Under the pieces are notes generated by a model, which saw only the letters and a list, made by a program, of their open reading frames with translations, was not told the origin of the DNA and ran no database searches. A stretch of 64,000 bases of DNA from Dehalococcoidia bacterium (lineage in GTDB: Bacteria; Chloroflexota; Dehalococcoidia; Lucifugimonadales; JAGWBF01), in assembly GCA_965261965.1 (NCBI GenBank), contig OZ253489.1, forward strand, positions 3,026,281 to 3,090,280, given 5' to 3'. The translations under genes and the position numbers were made by a program. Below, piece after piece: positions 63,222-64,000 of this stretch (positions are counted from its first letter, which is position 1; the number at the start of each line of letters is the position of its first letter).

Positions 63222-64000
63222 CGTCATTCTGCGAGCGCCCTCCCCCTCCTGTCGTCATCGCGAGCACCCTCCCCCCTTATTGTCTTTGTGAGTATCCCTC
63301 CTTCTGTCGCCATCGTAAGGAGCCCTCCCATTGTCGTCATTGTGAGGAGCGCATCCCCTCCCTGTCATTCTGAGGAGCGCACGACGAAGAATCTAAGGTG
63401 CCGGCTCACACAAAGGCTCGTCGTAGTAATGGACAGGCGATCAGGGGGCAGACCTTAGATTCCTCACTCCGTTCGGAATGACAGTGGGGAGGGTTCGGAA
63501 TGACAGTGGCGGAGTTCGGAATGACAGCGACGGGCGTCTGGAATGACACTCCTTCATTGTCATACTGAGTAGCGCTTCCGCCTCCTGTCATTCTGAGGAG
63601 CGCACGACGAAGAATCTAAGGTGCCGGCTCACACAAAGGCTCGTCGTAGTAACGGGCAGGCCATCGGAGGGAGACCTTAGATTCCTCACTGCGGTTCGGA
63701 ATGACAGTGAGAGGGTTCGGAATGACAGCGGGGAGCGTTCGGAATGACAGTGGGGAGCATTCGGAATGACAGTGGGGAGGGTTCGGAATGACAGCGGGGA
63801 GCGTTCGGAATGACAGTGGGGAGCGTTCGGAATGACAGTCTCTCATTGTCGTTCTGAGGAGCGCTTCCCCTTCCTGTCATTCTGAGGAGCGCACGACGAA
63901 GAATCTAAGGTGCCGGCTCACACAAAGGCTCGTCGTAGCAATGAACCAGCCATCAGGGGCAGACCTTAGATTCCTCACTTCGGTTCGGAATGACAGCGGG
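63222..64000 (+). repeat. Composite palindromic repeat array 5 (forward, at least 3 cores; runs off the window)
   Basis: Boundary box ATGCAGG at 63048 is separated from the array by the MITE. A gradient of degenerate A-units spans 63222-63363. Cores at 63364-63483, 63587-63706 and 63875-63994. Confidence 0.9.

Overview
GC-rich 64-kb chromosomal window. Gene content and the tmRNA tag suggest a Chloroflexota (SAR202/Dehalococcoidia-like) genome, but that taxonomy is inference only. All calls come from manual reading of the ORF track and DNA; no database search was run. About 45 protein genes are supported. Housekeeping genes: korA-like (partial), valS, secA, prs, purA, dapA-asd-dapB, pnp, rpsO, smpB and a tmRNA gene. 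These are interleaved with paralog-rich catabolic genes: 4 loci of thiamine-diphosphate (TPP) enzymes, 4 cyclic amidohydrolases, an LLM flavin monooxygenase, a family III CoA-transferase, ornithine cyclodeaminase, a phosphonoacetate-hydrolase-like enzyme, cupins, an SDR and an aldehyde dehydrogenase. A signalling operon encodes STAS, REC-PP2C, an RsbW-like kinase, a solute-binding protein and a histidine kinase, with no sigma factor. Three mobile elements are present: (1) an IS1182/IS5-like IS that splits the DNA polymerase X gene, with a 6-bp target duplication, and whose excision restores the frame; (2) a 146-bp MITE with the same termini and target; (3) a single-ORF IS66-family element 63 bp upstream of ssrA. 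The most unusual feature is a modular palindromic repeat family that fills about 10% of the window. It occurs as five intergenic arrays plus one eroded relic, with 21 full copies of a ~119-bp core. Each core is flanked by polar tandem arrays of 27-29-bp and 20-22-bp units and by a conserved ATGCAGG boundary box. Two oppositely oriented arrays bracket the IS66 + tmRNA segment. I cannot assign this family to any named repeat or RNA class. It is the best candidate here for something undescribed, but I cannot tell from sequence alone whether it acts as DNA or as RNA.
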